Shown piece after piece: positions 57,997 through 61,151 of a stretch of DNA of 61,151 nucleotides. This DNA is from Nostocaceae cyanobacterium. Its GTDB lineage: Bacteria > Cyanobacteriota > Cyanobacteriia > Cyanobacteriales > Nostocaceae. Numbering within the stretch: position 1 is the first letter of the stretch; every line of letters starts with the position of its first letter. Position numbers and translations under genes: made by a program. The notes under the pieces were generated by a model, which worked only from the letters and a program-made list of their open reading frames with translations, searched no databases and was not told where the DNA came from. The stretch covers positions 1-61,151 of the forward strand of contig DATGXB010000028.1 of NCBI GenBank assembly GCA_035299225.1, written 5' to 3'.

Positions 57997-60030
57997 CTAA
58001 TTTTTCTGAATTGGTAACAGTAAAGTTTGTTCTATTTCCTCACGCACTGAACGAGTAAGATGACACTCTTTGAGACAATTTACTAGAAAATTATTTGCTA
58101 AATAATAATCCCCTAGTAGCAAGTATTGTTCATCATTAAACTGCCAGTTATGACTGATATTCCGATGTTCAATTATCATTTTTCGGAGTTTATCAGTCCA
58201 GTTTTTACCATTTATTTTCCACCATATTTTAAAATTATATATATTCTCTTTAGAAATATCTGGTAGCTGTTCTTTGAGTGTTTGTAACTTCAAATATAAT
58301 ACATTATCAAATTTGTATACAAGTTCCAATAAATCATTGATAGACAGAAATTTTTCAAATTCAACATTTCGTTTGATGTGGTCATCAAACTTGTAGATAA
58401 AGCGGAGAAATTTGTAAATTTTTAACTTGAGTCTTAAATCTAAGGAGAGACAGTCACTGATTACGATTTTGGGATCAAACTTATAGAAGATATTTAAATC
58501 TAAGTCAAGACAAAGTTCTAAATAAAAAGCTCTAATAGCAGCAATTTTATAAGGTGATTTAACAGAACTAGATTTTTGCTCAAGCCATTTAAGAAAATTC
58601 TGAATTTTTTCATCATAAGCTACAATTTTATCAATTTCTTGTTTCATCAATAAAACTAGCTCATCTGCCTCTTTCAACATTCCTCCAATTAATAAAAAAA
58701 CCTCTTGCCACCGTGGTTCTAAAATGTGGCCAACTAATTTTTTTAGTTCCTGATATTGATTACGACTAGTATAAATACTTCTAGCTGTAAAATATTCGTG
58801 AAAAGTTAGATGAGAGAAAGAGTAAATATTTCTAGCTCGTTCTACAAATAAGCCATGCTGTGATTCAATAGATTTTAACACTGCTCTACTATCTACTAGT
58901 AATGCTTCCGGGTCAGTTTGTGCATCTGGTAAATTTTGAATATAATTACTAATATATTCCTCAAGTTGTCTTTGTTTAAAAAAGTAATTTCCTTCCTGAA
59001 AAGTTGTAAAAGCAATTTCGCTTAGTAAATCCTCTTTGCGCTTGGTAGGTAATTTTTTATAAACTTGATCACGTTCAATACTGCGTGTTCCATCCCATTT
59101 CCTGAGTAGTATATCTAAACCTTGTTCGTAAAGGTCAGCACGATTTTCAGGAAAATCCACCGATTCAGAAAACAGCCAGCATAAAAATGTCAATAGTAAA
59201 GGATTCGTTGATAATTCTTTAATTCTTTCATTTTCTTCTATTTTTGTAATAAATTGTTTAGCCTTTTCAGGCTTTTTATTTTGAAACCATTTAGTTACAA
59301 AATTCTTAATTTGCTTATCATCAAAATCTGCCATTTCCACATCTTTAAAATGTTCAAAGACATATTCTTTGGCAGCAATGCGACAAGTAATTATAAAATA
59401 ATTAGTATCATATTTATTGGTCAATGCCTGAATCTCTCTTAAAACTCGTTGATCATCTACTTCTCTGACTTCATCCAAACCATCTAGTAAAATTATAGCT
59501 TGACCATTTTGTAATATTTTTATAATGTTATCTTGCTCAGATATATCATTAACAGAAAATTCATTATAAATATACTGTAATAACTTAGGTTGATTTTCTG
59601 CTTCTGCAAATGCTTTCAGGGTGATAAAAATGGGTAAACGATTAGTGAAAAATTTACCGGAGTTACATTGAATAGCAATTCTTTTTAAAAAAGTGGTTTT
59701 ACCTGCTCCTGGTTTACCAAATATCATTAATTTTGGGTATCTTTCAACAGCTTCTAAACCTGGTACTCTTGCTTCTCTAATAGGATTTAAACAAAAAGGA
59801 TTAAAATCTTCTCTTTTCGATACTTCGGAAATTTGTGCTATGCTTGGAGGTCTTCGGCTGGTAATATTTTCTAAAATATTTACATCAGTATAAATATCAT
59901 CTAAGCCAATTTCTTGAGTCATATCTAAAACTTTCATTGTGCCGCATTGTTTTTTAATATAATCCCTCACTTTTTGACGCATTTCTTGAACTAAAGCATC
60001 AATATCAATTTGGTTTTCTGATTTTACCAA
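57997..60030 (-). CDS. NACHT-family NTPase (STAND), probably 5'-truncated by IS insertion
   Basis: Walker A GKPGAGKTTFLKRIA, Walker B AIILLDGLDEV, and TCR sensor-1-like motif IITCRIAA. The ORF has only a TTG start. The reading frame stays open 150 nt further upstream with no start codon, up to IS-derived sequence. Confidence 0.7.
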   Translation of the reverse strand: MVKSENQIDIDALVQEMRQKVRDYIKKQCGTMKVLDMTQEIGLDDIYTDVNILENITSRRPPSIAQISEVSKREDFNPFCLNPIREARVPGLEAVERYPKLMIFGKPGAGKTTFLKRIAIQCNSGKFFTNRLPIFITLKAFAEAENQPKLLQYIYNEFSVNDISEQDNIIKILQNGQAIILLDGLDEVREVDDQRVLREIQALTNKYDTNYFIITCRIAAKEYVFEHFKDVEMADFDDKQIKNFVTKWFQNKKPEKAKQFITKIEENERIKELSTNPLLLTFLCWLFSESVDFPENRADLYEQGLDILLRKWDGTRSIERDQVYKKLPTKRKEDLLSEIAFTTFQEGNYFFKQRQLEEYISNYIQNLPDAQTDPEALLVDSRAVLKSIESQHGLFVERARNIYSFSHLTFHEYFTARSIYTSRNQYQELKKLVGHILEPRWQEVFLLIGGMLKEADELVLLMKQEIDKIVAYDEKIQNFLKWLEQKSSSVKSPYKIAAIRAFYLELCLDLDLNIFYKFDPKIVISDCLSLDLRLKLKIYKFLRFIYKFDDHIKRNVEFEKFLSINDLLELVYKFDNVLYLKLQTLKEQLPDISKENIYNFKIWWKINGKNWTDKLRKMIIEHRNISHNWQFNDEQYLLLGDYYLANNFLVNCLKECHLTRSVREEIEQTLLLPIQKN

Positions 60031-60139
60031 ATCGGATTTTTCCGGTTCATTATTTGCTAAATCATCTATATTAGGATAATTACTTAAATCTGCTATTTCT
60101 TCCCAAGATTCAAGTTTAAGTTCTTGACCTCTGTACAGG

Positions 60140-61151
60140 ACAAAAAATAGAAAAAAGCTTGCAAAGGGGACAGGAAAGGGGTTTCATAGAAAGTTACCAC
60201 ACAATCAAAGAAACCCCTATGAACCAGATTAACCTATTACGAGAAACACTGAAACCCCATTTAGGATGGCATGGAGCGCGATTAAGTTTCTTAGCATTGT
60301 TCTTAATAGCATTATTAAGAGTAAAAACAGTCAACTTGGTAGAATTGTCCACCGGATTTCGGAATTGTGCAAAAAAAGAATCGAATTATAAACGTTTACA
60401 ACGCTTTTTCCGAGATTTTGATGTGAACTATGCAGTCATAGCAAAAATGATTGTAGCTTTGATGAATATCCCCCAACCTTGGGTATTGAGTATTGACCGT
60501 ACAGACTGGTCATTCGGTCAAACTCACTGGAATATCTTGATGTTAGGAGTAGTACATAATGGTGTTGCCTACCCTCTAGTTTGGGAGATATTGGATAAAA
60601 AGGGTAATTCCAACAGTGATGAGAGAATGAACTTATTAGACCGTTTTCAACAAATATTTCCAGATGTACAAGTTGCTAATGTGACCGCAGACCGAGAATT
60701 TGTTGGTGCAGAATGGTTAAGCTATTTGCTGTTAGAGCCGAATATCTCCTTTAGAATCAGGATTCGCCATAGTGACCTGATTCATGATGGACAAAAAGCA
60801 CTTCCTGGTTCGGTGATCTTTGCTCATCTCAAAGTTGGTGAAAGTCAGGTTTTATCTGGTCGTCGTTGGGTTTGGGGTCGATTAGTCTATGTTGCTGGTC
60901 TACGCCTAGCTGATGGCAAGTTATTAATCGTGATTTCTCCTGATTCACCAGAAACGATGATTGCTGACTATGGTCGTCGTTGGGGTATTGAAACTTTATT
61001 TGGAATGCTAAAAACTCGTGGTTTTTGCTTGGAATCCACTCATTTTATTGATGCCGAACGACTGAGTAAGTTGTTAGCTCTTCTGGCATTAGCTATGTGT
61101 TGGGCTGTCAAAACTGGAGAATGGTTACATCAACATCGACCCATCAAAATT
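60140..61151 (+). mobile_element. IS4-family insertion sequence (left end approximate, right end outside window)
   Basis: The transposase ORF plus about 80 bp of upstream sequence. The left boundary is inferred from where the NACHT-frame upstream sequence turns IS-like (about 60135-60160). The inverted repeat cannot be defined without the other end. Confidence 0.55.
60219..61151 (+). CDS. IS4-family DDE transposase (3' partial, runs off window)
   Basis: ATG at 60219 with an uninterrupted 311-codon frame to the window end. C-terminal signature YGRRWGIETLFGMLKTRGFCLE is typical of IS4/IS5-type transposases. A DDE-domain-like pattern precedes it. Confidence 0.7.
   Translation, partial: MNQINLLRETLKPHLGWHGARLSFLALFLIALLRVKTVNLVELSTGFRNCAKKESNYKRLQRFFRDFDVNYAVIAKMIVALMNIPQPWVLSIDRTDWSFGQTHWNILMLGVVHNGVAYPLVWEILDKKGNSNSDERMNLLDRFQQIFPDVQVANVTADREFVGAEWLSYLLLEPNISFRIRIRHSDLIHDGQKALPGSVIFAHLKVGESQVLSGRRWVWGRLVYVAGLRLADGKLLIVISPDSPETMIADYGRRWGIETLFGMLKTRGFCLESTHFIDAERLSKLLALLALAMCWAVKTGEWLHQHRPIKI

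Overview
This 61-kb window looks like chromosomal DNA from a filamentous, Nostocales-type cyanobacterium. Three things support that. The HIP1 palindrome GCGATCGC recurs dozens of times. Almost every intergenic spacer carries tandem heptanucleotide repeats (CCCTGTT/GGGAACA, AGGCAAT, CCTGCCN, TTTTGAC). And psaC plus DevBCA-type exporter genes are present. Housekeeping genes sit at the two ends and in the middle: recJ, psaC, a PSRP-3/ycf65 homolog and glmS. The rest is accessory: two VapBC toxin-antitoxin pairs, an Uma2 endonuclease, a large SNF2 helicase, a devC-devA-devB-like tripartite exporter whose ATPase carries two cNMP-binding domains, a WD40 protein with a degenerate kinase domain, and two lipid/glycolipid gene groups. 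The most striking locus is at about 41.9-55.6 kb. A minus-strand operon encodes a FAAL-ACP-alpha-oxoamine-synthase fusion (serine-palmitoyltransferase-like), a CHRD protein and a eukaryote-type 3-ketodihydrosphingosine reductase (KDSR) homolog. It is divergently transcribed from an 8.4-kb single-module type I PKS with a metazoan-FAS-like domain order (KS-AT-DH-cMT-ER-KR-ACP-TE). Together these predict a sphingoid-base-like (methyl-branched?) long-chain amino-alcohol pathway that, as far as I know, has not been described in cyanobacteria. A second lipid module (fatty-acid hydroxylase, FAAL, GT28-like glycosyltransferase) lies at 24-27.7 kb. At the 3' end a NACHT NTPase gene appears to be truncated at its 5' end by an IS4-family insertion. 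The window also holds several families of very small dispersed elements. One is a 70-75-bp hairpin MITE-like element present in 3 copies, each just upstream of a gene start. One is a 25-bp element inserted at the identical position (ccctg^tt) inside heptamer arrays in 2 identical copies, with related copies elsewhere. One is a 24-bp hairpin 'leader' that abuts three CCCTGTT arrays. One is a 28-bp perfect palindrome embedded in-frame in a PKS linker with a near-copy in the psaC-SNF2 spacer. A VapBC cassette is flanked by 46-bp direct repeats. No rRNA, tRNA or CRISPR array was recognised.
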